NCBI RefSeq assembly: GCF_006345805.1
Contig: NC_043013.1
Coordinates: 3,100,001 to 3,164,000, forward strand
DNA from: Octopus sinensis
Lineage: Eukaryota
DNA length: 64,000 nucleotides
Direction: 5' to 3'
Below, one piece after another: positions 26,990 through 39,329 of this stretch. Below the pieces are notes generated by a model. It saw only the letters and a list, made by a program, of their open reading frames with translations, did no database searches and was not told the origin of the DNA. Position 1 is the stretch's first letter. Each line of letters opens with the position of its first letter. The translations under genes were made by a program, and so were the position numbers.

Positions 26990-26998
<9 letters not shown>
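26618..26998 (-). mobile_element. Two tandem ~118-bp 3' ends of a LINE (R4/Dong-like) embedded in (TAA)n
   Basis: 26618-26735 and 26880-26998 are near-identical. The minus strand reads ..TLSIQ*, a short UTR and AATAAA, then runs into (AAT)n. Confidence 0.6.
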
Positions 26999-27020
<22 letters not shown>

Positions 27021-27046
27021 CATTATTATCATTATTATTATTATTA

Positions 27047-27086
<40 letters not shown>

Positions 27087-27190
27087 TATTATTATTATTA
27101 TTGTTGTTGTTGTTGTTGTTGTTGTTGTGTTGTTGTTGTTGTCGTCGTCGTCGGTCGTCGTTGTTGTTGTTGTTGTTATTAGGTGTATTC

Positions 27191-27303
27191 TTATTAGATA
27201 AAGTATAAACAGAGGTAGGAGAAAGATATTAAAGAAGCAATGATAGGGCAATTTTAAAAAATCCATAACTTTCTTCTACCTCTGTTTATACTTTATCTAA
27301 TAA
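27191..27303. repeat. Hairpin with ~35-bp inverted arms (MITE-like)
   Basis: ttattagataaagtataaacagaggtaggagaaag / ctttcttctacctctgtttatactttatctaataa. Confidence 0.85.
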
Positions 27304-27346
27304 TAACAATAATAATAACAATAATAATATAATAATAATAATAATA

Positions 27347-27381
<35 letters not shown>

Positions 27382-27399
27382 TTAATTGATACTTTTGCA

Positions 27400-28010
27400 T
27401 GCAATTTTTAGAGGAGGCGATAAATCGATTACACCGACTCCAATGCTCAATTGTTATTTTTTTATCGAACCAAAAAAGATGAATGATAGTCAACCTTTGC
27501 GGTATTTGAACTCAGAACGTAGAGTTGGACGAAATGCCGCTAAGCATTTTTCCGGCTTGCTAGCAAATCTGCCAAGCTCGCCGCCTAAGGGACTCTAAAC
27601 ATTAGCTTCAAATTTTGACACAAGGCCAGCAATTTCGGGGGAGCGACTAAGTCGATTACCTCGATCTCAGTGCTCGGCTGGTACTTATTTTATCGACCCC
27701 AGTGTTTAACTGGTTCTTATTTTATCGATCTCGAATGTACGAAAAGCAAAGTCGACCTCGGCGGAATTTGAACTCAGAACGTAAAGGCGGACGAAATACC
27801 TATTTCTTTACTATCCACAAGGGGCTAAACACAGAGGGGACAAACAAGGACAGACAGACGGATTAACTCGATTATATCGACCCCAGTGCGTAACTGGTAC
27901 TTAATTTATCGACCCCGAAAGGATGAAAGGCCAAGTCGACCTCGGCGGAATTTGAACTCCGAAATACCGGTAAGTATTTTACCCAGCGTGCTAACGATTC
28001 TGCCGCCTTA
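27400..28010 (-). mobile_element. Cluster of nested SINE family B copies
   Basis: Repeated cgaaaggatgaaaggc.aagtcgacctcggcggaatttgaactc. Confidence 0.85.
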
Positions 28011-28554
28011 GGGACCCTAAATATATTAGGTTTCCTTAGTTTTATAGTTGATTCGCCACTAACCACGACTACTATATCATTTTATTCTCATTCACATGTA
28101 TAAAAGTCCTCACCGCAAACATTTGGTTTTACATATTCACTTCAGATATTTCATTTCCATTGAACACATTTTACTTATTGATTTTAGCTAGATAATTTAG
28201 CTGTTTAAAATAACATTAGCCTTATTAATCTATCACAATTATTAATGTAGTGTAGTATTTTCTGGTATCCATCTGTTTGCTAAGATCTATATTCGCTGTG
28301 TTTGTTTTTAATCCATTTTTTCATGGACTCTTAACAACGGAGTTCAAATCTTTCTTCAACGGAATGTCTGCTTTATTAGAATGCTTTATTGAATGTTTTA
28401 TTCTAGGAAAGCTTAATAAAATGAAGACTTTTAAAACCTCTTATATATATGTAATGAATATTTAATGATTGTTTTAGCGTTGCTACTAGATTTATTGTTA
28501 ATAAAGTTCCATGCTATAGAAATTGTTCTAAAGAATATATTGCCAGAATCTAGT

Positions 28555-28808
28555 GTTGTTATTGTTGTTCTTCTTCTTGTGTTGTTGTTGTTGTTGTTGT
28601 TCTTCTTCTTCTTCTTCTTCTTCTTCTTCTTCTTCTTCTTCTTCTTCTTCTTCTTCTTCTCTTCTTTCTTCTCCTTCTCTTCTTCTTCTCCTTCTTCTTT
28701 CCTTCTTCTCTCTCCTTCTTCTTCTTCTCTTCTTCTTCTTCTCTCCTTCTTCTTTTCCTCCTTTCCTCCTCCTCTTTTTCTTCTTTTTCTTCTCCTCCTC
28801 CTCCTTCC
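28555..28808. repeat. (GTT)n/(CTT)n/(CCT)n low-complexity tract
   Basis: Directly visible. Confidence 0.95.
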
Positions 28809-29276
28809 GTTTGTTATGTATGCGTGTTTATGTCTGTATGTATCTATGTTTGTAGAGTGCGTGCGCGTATATGCTTGTGTAGGTGCATTCATGTATGTAT
28901 GTATGTATGTATGTAGTATGTATGTATGTATGTATATATGTATATATGTATGTATGCATGTATGTATGCATATAACCTTCGATTTTTACTATCCAAGACA
29001 TATTTAACCCATTATTTAAACGCTATTATTCATAGCTTTAGCATCTTCGAAACAATGTTACCAAAAAGAATCACTCACACACACAAACACACACACACAC
29101 ACACATAATAACTGAAAGGCTTCGATTTCCAGGACTCCAAGTTGCTCGTTTCCGATTACCAGGAGGTAAACCGAGCTCGGTTTCCTTTTGAATACCCGTT
29201 GGGATGGACATTTGCGGAAATGGCTGCTTAAAGCTCACGCTTTTAATTTCATTTCTGGTTCTCTGGTAAAATTATA

Positions 29277-30603
29277 CAGGGAGTTTCAACAAACTTGATA
29301 TCATTTGAGATGTAAATATCACAGAAACTACAAGGTCAAAGCAAATGAAACTAAACAGGTTCAATATTGAGCAACATAAGATTTATTCCTCCAAATTTGA
29401 ATGAGAAATTCGAAGGTTTGTGGATTCCATGAACGATTTCACAAATGTTCAATACATGCACCGCCTGAGACACGGTACATGTCAAGTCGGTAGTCCAGCT
29501 CCTCCCAAACACACTGCAGCAGTGCTCGAGTTCTTCTATATTTGCAGGAAGCGGGGGGGGGGGCATAGACCAGGCCCTTCACATAGCCCTAGAGAAAAAA
29601 ATTGCAAGCTGTCGGCTCAGGTGAACGTGGAGGCCACTTCAACATCATATTGTCTTCATCACCAGCACGCCCGACCCAGCTCTCTTTCAGATTGTCATTG
29701 GGAAAAGCCCGCACAGTGAGCTTCCAGTGAAGTGGTGTCCCGTCCTGTTGAAAAATGAAGTCTGCATCTTCATTTGCAATGAGCTCATCCATTAGCCAAT
29801 TCTGAAGCATTTGCGGATAAACATCACCAGTAAAATTCCCCTCAAAGGAAAACGGACCATGAAGATGCTTCTTGGAGATGGCGCAGAACACATTCACTTT
29901 TGGTAGGTCCTTCGCATGCTCAACTGTGACATGGGGATTTTCTTCGCCCCAAATGCAAAAATGATGCTAATTGGCTTTGTCATTCGTATGAAATGTGGCC
30001 TCATCACTAAAAGCAAGACGTTCCTTGAATTCGGCTTCTTCAAGTTTCTGTTGCATACCAACGCAGAATTGTTTGCGTTTTTGCTTGTCATCTGCCGTTA
30101 TGGCCTAAACGTGCTGCAACTTGTAAGGTTCCATTGGCAAGCGTTTTTCAGGACGCGCCAAACTGTCATTGGAGGAATCTGGGCTTCCAGACTTGTTCTT
30201 CTTATGGACTTCTTGGGGCTTCGCAAGATTTTTTGGCGAACCCTCTCGATCGTCTCTTCCGATGTTAGTTGTCGTCCATATCCTTTTGCCCTGCACAGAC
30301 AGCTTTTCTCTTTGAATTTTTTTGTGCCATGTCCAAATCTGCATTGCCGTTAGTGACCTTTCAGAGAACTCATAAATGCACGTTGCACAGTCTTGTTCGA
30401 CTGTGATCGAGCATACTCCAGTACACAAAACGCCTTTTCTCTTCTAGAGAATGCTATTTCTATGCCTGAAAAAATAAACATATCAAATATTAAACATAAA
30501 ACTTTCACCTGTTTCTACTCATGCTGTTAAAATTTGAAGTCATTTCAACAAGAACTGGCAAAGTTATTAGATTACGAAATATCAAATCTTTTGAAACGCC
30601 CTA
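29277..30603 (-). mobile_element. rosa/DD41D-like Tc1/mariner transposon, defective
   Basis: Imperfect TIRs cagggagtttcaacaaacttgata / tatcaaatcttttgaaacgcccta; TA flanks; FQQDG..WVGR..WPPRSPEPTACNFFL motif. Confidence 0.88.
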
Positions 30604-31185
30604 TATTATGAACGTCATAAGCTCCATACAATTGAAAACATGGATCCAGACAATTGTGTGGCTATCACAGAAAGCTCCTCTAACAGACTTGGCTATCAGA
30701 CCATATAATAATCCCATACAGAGAAGTGTAATGCAGAGTGTTCATGAAGCTGAAATCCGGAAGATCTGATCAATAAAATTACTTCATAAAATGTCAGGAG
30801 GTATGGGGGATGAATATATTTATTTACCCACTTGTCATCCTTAGGGTTACAGTTGTTTCGCAGTTTGATCGTTGAATTCAGTCGCCGATGCAATCATTAT
30901 CTTCTGGTGATCTGACGATCTAGCTTTCTTTATTTGCATTGATATTTGAATATGAAATTGTATCGTATAATGGATAGTATGCATATTAATGTAAACATGT
31001 AAACATAATTTTATTCCACACTGAAATTAATAATACATGAAGAAAGTTGCGAAACAGTCGTAATCCTAAGGATGTCAGGTGGTTAAATAAATGTATTCAA
31101 CTCCAACACCAACAACACCAGCACCAACAGCAGCGGAATTAGCAGCGTCAACATCAGCAGAAGCTGCATCACCAGCAGCAGTATA

Positions 31186-31500
31186 GGAAGATACATCGTA
31201 TATTCCGGAAACAGCTTCAAGCAGAGCCTCTCCAACCACAGATTCTCGTTTAGGATCTCGGGGAAACGATGCGCCACGTCCTTGGCCAGCCATGTGTGGC
31301 GCCTGAAAGGCGAAGGGACTCCACACGTTATCTCATGGAAGATCCTAGAAAAACCAAGAGCAGGTGTTGTGAGCTGTGCATAGCTAAACGGGCGAGAATG
31401 TTAAATAAGTCCCTCGACCCGGGGAGCATCTTATATTCCAAAACGGAGGTGTTCTGACCCTGCTTACACTTCACGATATTCCTGCTGAAATCCTGGGACC
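31186..31500 (+). pseudogene. PLE GIY-YIG endonuclease C-terminal fragment (second family)
   Basis: GRYIVYSGNSFKQSLSNHRFSF..KRCATSLASHVWRLK..ISWKILEK / CELCIAKR..SKTEVF*PCLH. Confidence 0.8.
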
Positions 31501-31639
31501 CACAAGCCGACCGGGTCGATTAAGGATAGCGGTCTAAGGGAGACATTCTCTTGCGCTTGACTCTTCTCCTTTGTCTATGTGTTCAACAACTAGCCAACAG
31601 GTCTTTTCTTCCTCCACTTCGAAAGGAGGTTATAAGCCA

Positions 31640-31793
31640 CGGGCTTCTTTCAGTTTCTCTCTACCAAATCCTCTCACAAGGCTTGATCGGTCCGAGGCTA
31701 TATTAGAAGACACTCGCCCAAGGTACCATGCAGAGGGTCTGAACCCAGGACCACGTGGTTAGCAAACAAGCTTCATCTCACACTACCACGACT
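31640..31793 (-). mobile_element. SINE family A, diverged 5' half
   Basis: gggcttctttcagttt..ctaccaaatcc.ctcacaaggctt. Confidence 0.8.
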
Positions 31794-32220
31794 GTATATG
31801 CAAGTATATATAATTTAAATCACGCTTAATTGTCAGCTAACATCTTGTTTTAAATTTTCCTTTACCAAATCTCATGATATTGCTTCTAATAAATCTTGAT
31901 TTTTAAAACTATACCAACTATGATTTCTGTCTGCTCCCTCAGCCCCACCACTAACAGATACTGCCCTCTGATCTGTCAGCCTTAGATATACAAGGATTTG
32001 ATAAACTAGTCTATAAATTAAAACTGACCCCATAAAAACAAAAAATAATCAGTGATAGGCAGAGCCTGTATCAATGTATATCTTCTTGATAACTTAGTAA
32101 CTTCTATGCTGGAGTGGAGACAGCATGTTCTTTGTCTATCTCCTTAACTTCTTGGAAATTTTAGGTATAATTATACTAATGTGTCCATCTGTTCTAATTT
32201 AATTAAATTCTATGTCTTTG

Positions 32221-32307
32221 TGTAACCGAGGATTGCTCTGCATTTTAAATTGATGTAATGATTGCATTGTTCAATTAAATGGAGTTGCATGAAACGATCG
32301 TACTGCA
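32221..32307 (+). ncRNA. Degenerate type I hammerhead with long stem II
   Basis: tgtaa-CCGAGGA-ttgc..aattga..tcaatt..gcat-GAAA-c-gatc-g-TA/ctgca; followed by a TA tract. Confidence 0.5.
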
Positions 32308-32726
32308 TTACCTCTGGATATCCTTGTTGCTTAATTTGATATATGTGTGTGTATATATATATATACTAGCAGTATCGCCCGGCGTTGCTCGGGTTGTAAG
32401 GGAAATAACTATATAAGCATTTTTAGAGAGTTATAGCCAAAAAGTAGCAAAAAAATGCATTAAAAATTGAAAAAAAATTAAGGTAAATTTTTCTTTAAAT
32501 CGTTGACACATCGTAGATATTTTTAGAGAGTTACTTCCCTTATATAAAAGCGAAAAAAATGCATTAAAATGGAAAAATATGATGGTAATTTTTTTTTACA
32601 TCGTAGACTCATCGTAGACGCGCGCTAATACCCAGAAGGGCTCGTTTGTTATTCTGGGTAACTTTCTGTAAAATTATTAAAATTTTGTTCAAACATCGCT
32701 ATAGAAAATGGGTTATTAGCTAATAT

Positions 32727-33050
32727 TCAATTGGGTATACAACAAAATTTTACGATAGAATTTGTTATTCTGGGTAACTTTCTGATACCCATAATAATAT
32801 TTATGGCAAAATAGGCCTTAATTTCATTTAAGGTTGTGGGAAATAACAAACTATCCTTTCTTTCGTTTTGTTTACGTTTAGCGTAACGTTTCGTTTCCAC
32901 CGTAATGATTTCAAATGGGCTCATTCGAAAAAGTAAATAGAAATAGTTTAAGGCTTTACTCTTCTGGGAAAGTCTGTGGCTTGGTGCAGTTTCTTCAGAA
33001 AAATCACCGAAAGAAACAGTTTTTAAATTTTCACTCCATTCAGGTACCAA
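32727..33050 (-). pseudogene. piggyBac (PGBD-like) transposase N-terminal fragment carried inside a Helitron; second copy at ~34420-34670
   Basis: ALNYFYLLF..IITVETKRYA..PTTLNEIKAYFAINIIMGIRKLPRI matches the piggyBac transposase pattern. Confidence 0.75.
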
Positions 33051-33962
33051 TTCATTTTCTTAATCGCTGTCGGATTCACTGTTTTCACTTTAATAGCTGC
33101 CAACTTGCAAAGACAAAGGAGGAGAAGGGTGATAGCGTCAGTGAAACAATTCGCTCCGTTTGTGTGTGTGTGTGTTTGCGTGTGGTGTAAGCCACACTAA
33201 GAAAAACATTTGACATATACACCACAATGTGAGTTTTCTGTAAATTTTGCTTAATTGGGGTTGAAATTTTAAAAAGTGGACCTGGCACGACCCGATGCAT
33301 TCTACTCTTAAAATGCTAGGTAAATTGTAATTGAAGAAATCCTATATTGTAGATTTCTGTAAGATACAAAGGGAGGCAGATTAAATCTGCCTTTTATAAT
33401 AAGACTAGCAGTATCGCCCGGCGTTGCTCGGGTTTGTAAGGAAATAACTATATAAGCATTTTTAGAGAGTTATAGCAAAAAAAAATAGGAAAAAAATGCA
33501 TTAAAAATGGAAAAAAAATTAAGGTAAATTTCTTTTTAAATCGTTGACACATCGTAGATATTTTTAGAGAGTTACTTCCCTTATATAATAGCGAAAAAAT
33601 GCATTAAAATGGAAAAAATATGATGGTAAATTTTTTTAAATCGTAGACTCATCGTAGACGCGCGCTAATACCCAGAAGGGCTCGATATGACTCACGACTA
33701 TAAGATACCCGGTTTGGTTTTTCTTACCCTTTCGTTACTATATTTCTGACCAAAATACACCCCTTATGTGTTTCAATTATTTTCTAACGTAATCATAAAT
33801 TTAGTCTGGTTTCATTAAACAACAATAACTTTTTTATTTATCAATATATTAATGTGATTTTTGGAAGATATTTAATGAAATGTCCTCAACCAATTCTACT
33901 ATAAATTTTTGTCACAAAGTGACTCTAATTGCAGGTAGATACAGGTAAATTCAACAATATAT

Positions 33963-34424
33963 AAAATTATTAAAATTTTGTTCAAACATCGCTATAGAAA
34001 ATGGGTTATTAGCTAATATTCAATTGGGTATACAACAAAATTTTACGATAGAATTTGTTATTCTGGGTAACTTTCTGTAAAATTATTAAAATTTTGTTCA
34101 AACATCGCTATAGAAAATGGGTTATTAGCTAATTTTCAATTGGGTATACAACAAAATTTTACGATAGAATTTGTTATTCTGGGTAACTTTCTGTAAAATT
34201 ATTAAAATTTTGTTCAAACATCGCTATAGAAAATGGGTTATTAGCTAATTTTCAATTGGGTATACAACAAAATTTTACGATAGAATTTGTTATTCTGGGT
34301 AACTTTCTGTAAAATTATTAAAATTTTGTTCAAACATCGCTATAGAAAATGGTTTTAGCTAATATTCAATTGGGTATACAACAAAATTTTACAATAGAAT
34401 TTGTTATTCTGGGTAACTTTCTGA
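33963..34424. repeat. ~116-bp tandem repeat, 4 copies, inside Helitron unit 2
   Basis: aaaattattaaaattttgttcaaacatcgctatag... at ~33963, 34079, 34195 and 34311. Confidence 0.93.
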
Positions 34425-35699
34425 TACCCATAATAATATTTATGGCAAAATAGGCCTTAATTTCATTTAAGGTTGTGGGAAATAACAAACTATCCTTTCT
34501 TTCGGTTTGTTTACGTTTAGCGTAATGATTTCAAATAGGCTCATTCGAAAAAGTAAATAGAAATAGTCTAAGGCTTTACTCTTCTGGGAAAGTCTGTGGC
34601 TTGGTCCAGTTTCTGCAGAAAACTCACCGAAAGAAACAGTTTTTAATTTTCACTCCATTCAGGTACCAATTCGTTTTCTTTATCGCTGTCGGATTCACTG
34701 TTTTCACTTTAATAGCTGCAAACTTGCAAAGACAAAGGAGGAGAAGGGTGATAGCGTCAGAGAAACAATTCGCTCCCTTTGTGTGTGTGCGTTTGCGTGT
34801 GGTGTAAACCAGACTAAGAAAAGCATTTGACACACACACCAGAATGTGAGTTTTCTGTAAATTTTGCTTAATTGGAGTTTAAATTTTAAAAACTGGACCT
34901 GCCATGACGCGATGCATTGTACTCTTAAAATGCTAGGTAAATTGTAATTGAAGAAATCCTATATTGTAGATTTGTATAACTCCCAAGGGAGGCAGATAAA
35001 ATCTGCCTTTTATAATAAGACTAGCAGTATCGCCCGGCGTTGCTCGGTTTGTGTAAGGGAAATAACTATAAGCATTTTTAGAGAGTTATAGCCAAAAAAT
35101 AGCAAAAAATGCATTAAAAATGGAAAAAATATGATGGTAAATTTTTTTTTAAATCGTTGACTCATCGTAGACATTTTTAGAGAGTTACTTCCCTTATATA
35201 ATAGCGAAAAAATGCATTAAAATGGAAAAAAAACGATGGTAAATTTTTTTTTAAATCGTAGACTCATGTAGACGCTTTCTTAGCCATTTCTGTTTTGGTG
35301 TCTTCAAGCCATGAAGTCGTTGTTCTAAAAGAACACTGGTCTCCTTGACAACGCATTACGACGTTGATTTCCTTACACTCCTCTTCCCCACAGGTGCAGG
35401 TGTGAGCGTGGACGCCAACTCCGCCGCCATCGACACACGAAAAATTATGCATTAAAATGGAATAAAAAATGATGTTAAATTATTTTTAAAATCGTAGACT
35501 CATCGTAGACGCGCGCTAATATTCAGACGGGCTCGATATGAATCACGACTATAAGCTACCCGAATTTGGTTAAACTGTACCGCAAAATGTGGGAGTAGTT
35601 AGGAATCTAAATCGAAGGGGACAGACACTCACACAACTACAGTTTTATATATATAGATATACATAGCGCAGTAGTGGTGAGATATGACAGCAAAGAAAA

Positions 35700-36040
35700 G
35701 CATACATTCACTCTCTGCATGCAATTAGACTCGGAAAGTTCGTGAGGAACCCATTGACCCAATTTGCTGACTTTTCCGATAGCACACAGGTGTCAATGAA
35801 TGGTTGAATGACCAAATCCAAGCTTCTCTGCTAGTTCCTCAACAGTTACGATGATATTTTGTTCCACCAGGGTTTTCAGGATGTCCTTGTCGAGTTCTAC
35901 AGATCTTTCAGGATGAGGCTCGTCTTCTAGGCTGTAGTTTATGGCTCGGGATTTCTGGAACCACCATTGACACTGCCTTACGCTTATTGTCCAATCCCCA
36001 TATACTGCATTAATATTCTTGTACTTTGCACACATTTATA
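35700..36040 (-). mobile_element. Mariner transposase N-terminal fragment
   Basis: NAVYGD.TISVRQCQWWFQK..SLEDEP..TVEELAEKLGFGHSTI. Confidence 0.8.
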
Positions 36041-36090
36041 TTCTGTTATTCTTTTATATGTTTCAGCCTTGAGGTTTGGCCATGCTGGAT

Positions 36091-36130
<40 letters not shown>

Positions 36131-36359
36131 TATCTGTCTGTCTGTCTGTATGTATATATGTATATGTATGTGTGTGAACAATAATATTTTCAACAGATGT
36201 GTTGCAAATGTATCTGATTGTTCTCAAGCTTCAATACTGTGTGTGTGTGTATGTGTGTGTATGTATGTATGTATGTATATGTATGTATGTATGTATGTGT
36301 GTATCTATGTATGTGTGTGTGTATGTATGTGTGTGTGTATATGTATGTATGTGTGTGTG

Positions 36360-36391
<32 letters not shown>

Positions 36392-36602
36392 TGTATGTAT
36401 GTATGTATGTATGTATGTATGTATGAGTGTATGTTTACTTTATTACTAATTACTCTCTTCCAAGAACATTTTCACTCACTCTTAGCTCTTAGCTTCCCAT
36501 ACATTTTACTCATGTATCTATCAGCGTCATAGACAGAATACTTTCACTTTAGTCTTCCTCAAATCACTGTCGCTATTTACTTTCATTTTATTCGTTGCCC
36601 AC

Positions 36603-36839
36603 TGTGTGTGTGCGTTTGCGTGTGGTGTAAACCAGACTAAGAAAAGCATTTGACACACACCAGAATGTGAGTTTTCTGTAAATTTTGCTTAATTGGAGTT
36701 TAAATTTTAAAAACTGGACCTGGCATGACGCAATGCATTGTACTCTCAAAAATGCTAGGTAAATTGTATTGAAGAAATCCTATATTGTAGATTTGTATAA
36801 CTCCCAAAGGGAGGCAGATAAAATCTGCCTTTTATAATA

Positions 36840-36844
<5 letters not shown>
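36603..36844 (-). mobile_element. Helitron 5' segment (same 5' end as units 1-2)
   Basis: Matches 34780-35020; ends ..ttttataataagaga|t. Confidence 0.85.
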
Positions 36845-36880
<36 letters not shown>

Positions 36881-37425
36881 ATATTTAATTCTTATGCTTT
36901 CCTAAAACTTGATTTCGAAACGTACGTCCGTGGATAACTTTAAAATGTTTGATAGATTGCGGTTAATTCATTCTCTCTTACCTGTTTGTGTCAGCCTTCC
37001 AATGCTGTTTTTACTGAGATCTCCCTTTTTAGTAGAAGAAATAGCTATAACCCTTTGACTGCTATTTCTAAATTCGGTATGTGGTAAGGCAATTCGTTGC
37101 TGAACCCTTATTGCTTAGTATTACTTAAATTTTCCTCAAATGAGGCTTTTACATGCCGAAGACTACTTGGTGTAATTGATAATTATTCCAAATTAATTAA
37201 TTTCACCCTTCATTATTACGGATACCATATTTTATCTCAGTAGATGACTACAGCATCTTGTTTTGGCTACACGCGGGTGGGAAGGGGCTGTTGACACAAT
37301 CGTTTCATTCACAAATTTGAATTCGGTGATACTAGTTGAGGATTCCAGCTCGCTCTGATACTGAGTTGAGTTGGTACCTCCTAGTATCTCAAAATTCAAT
37401 ATATAATCATTTATGATTATGGTAT

Positions 37426-37531
37426 TCCACGCTGAAGAGAAAAGAAGTTTCGGTAAGATAGAATTATTTAATATTAATATTTTAATTCTTATGCTTTCCT
37501 AAAACTTGATTTCGAAACGTACGTCCGTGGA
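37426..37531 (+). ncRNA. Type I hammerhead ribozyme, array copy 1
   Basis: tccacg-CTGAAGA-gaaa..(~75-nt hairpin)..tttc-GAAA-c-gtac-g-TC/cgtgga. Confidence 0.9.
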
Positions 37532-38023
37532 TAACTTTAAAAAGTTTGATAGATTGCGGTTAATTCATTCTCTCTTACCTGTTTGTGTCAGCCTTCCAAT
37601 TGCTGTTTTTACTGAGATCTCCCTTTTTAGTAGAAGAAATAGCTATAACCCTTTGACTGCTATTTCTAAATTCGGTATGTGGTAAGGCAATTCGTTGCTG
37701 AACCCTTATTGCTTAGTATTACTTAAATTTTCCTCAAATGAGGCTTTTACATGCCGAAGACTACTTGGTGTAATTGATAATTATTCCAAATTAATTAATT
37801 TCACCCTTCATTATTACGGATAACCATATTTTATCTCAGTAGATGACTACAGCATCTTGTTTTGGCTACACGCGGGTGGGAAGGGGCTGTTGACACAATC
37901 GTTTCATTCACAAATTTGAATTCGGTGATACTAGTTGAGGATTCAGCTCGCTCTGATACTGAGTTGAGTTGGTACCTCCTAGTATCTCAAAATTCAATAT
38001 ATAATCATTTATGATTATAGTAT

Positions 38024-38130
38024 TCACGCTGAGAGAGAAAAGAAGTTTCGGTAAGATAGAATTATTTAATATTTAATATTTTAATTCTTATGCTTTCCTA
38101 AAACTTGATTTCGAAACGTACGTCCGTGGA
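38024..38130 (+). ncRNA. Hammerhead array copy 2 (core reads ctgagaga: mutated or a sequencing indel)
   Basis: Same as copy 1 except for 1-nt indels in stem I and the core. Confidence 0.6.
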
Positions 38131-38623
38131 TAACTTTAAAAATGTTTGATAGATTGCGGTTAATTCATTCTCTCTTACCTGTTTGTGTCAGCCTTCCAAT
38201 TGCTGTTTTTACTGAGATCTCCCTTTTTAGTAGAAGAAATAGCTATAACCCTTTGACTGCTATTTCTAAATTCGGTATGTGGTAAGGCAATTCGTTGCTG
38301 AACCCTTATTGCTTAGTATTACTTAAATTTTCCTCAAATGAGGCTTTTACATGCCGAAGACTACTTGGTGTAATTGATAATTATTCCAAATTAATTAATT
38401 TCACCTTCATTATTACGGATAACCATATTTTATCTCAGTAGATGACTACAGCATCTTGTTTTGGCTACACGCGGTGGGAAGGGGCTGTTGACACAATCGT
38501 TTCATTCACAAATTTGAATTCGGTGATACTAGTGAGGATTCCAGCTCGCTCTGATACTGAGTTGAGTTGGTGGTACTCCTAGTATCTCAAAATTCAATAT
38601 ATAATCATTTATGATTATGGTAT

Positions 38624-38730
38624 TCCACGCTGAAGAGAAAAGAAGTTTCGGTAAGATAGAATTATTTAATATTTAATATTTTAATTCTTATGCTTTCCTA
38701 AAACTTGATTTCGAAACGTACGTCCGTGGA
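38624..38730 (+). ncRNA. Hammerhead array copy 3
   Basis: Intact core as in copy 1. Confidence 0.9.
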
Positions 38731-39222
38731 TAACTTTAAAAATGTTTGATAGATTGCGGTTAATTCATTCTCTCTTACCTGTTTGTGTCAGCCTTCCAAT
38801 TGCTGTTTTTACTGAGATCTCCCTTTTTAGTAGAAGAAATAGCTATAACCCTTTGACTGCTATTTCTAAATTCGGTATGTGGTAAGGCAATTCGTTGCTG
38901 AACCCTTATTGCTTAGTATTACTTAAATTTTCCTCAAATGAGGCTTTTACATGCCGAAGACTACTTGGTGTAATTGATAATTATTCCAAATTAATAATTT
39001 CACCCTTCATTATACGGATAACCATATTTTATCTCAGTAGATGACTACAGCATCTTGTTTTGGCTACACGCGGGTGGGAAGGGGCTGTTGACACAATCGT
39101 TTCATTCACAAATTTGAATTCGGTGATACTAGTTGAGGATTCCAGCTCGCTCTGATACTGAGTTGAGTTGGTACCTCCTAGTATCTCAAAATTCAATATA
39201 TAATCATTTATGATTATGGTAT

Positions 39223-39329
39223 TCCACGCTGAAGAGAAAAGAAGTTTCGGTAAGATAGAATTATTTAATATTTAATATTTTAATTCTTATGCTTTCCTAA
39301 AACTTGATTTCGAAACGTACGTCCGTGGA
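39223..39329 (+). ncRNA. Hammerhead array copy 4
   Basis: Intact core as in copy 1. Confidence 0.9.

Larger units (their letters stand above)
32366..35657 (-). mobile_element. Three head-to-tail non-autonomous Helitrons (32366-33404, 33405-35020, 35021-35657)
   Basis: Each has a 3' CTAG with the cccgagcaacgccggg hairpin and a 5' TC; CTAG|TC junctions at 33404/33405 and 35020/35021. Confidence 0.88.

Noticed and set aside
29168-29183. 16-bp perfect palindrome aaaccgagctcggttt
   Set aside because: Isolated; plausible by chance in 64 kb
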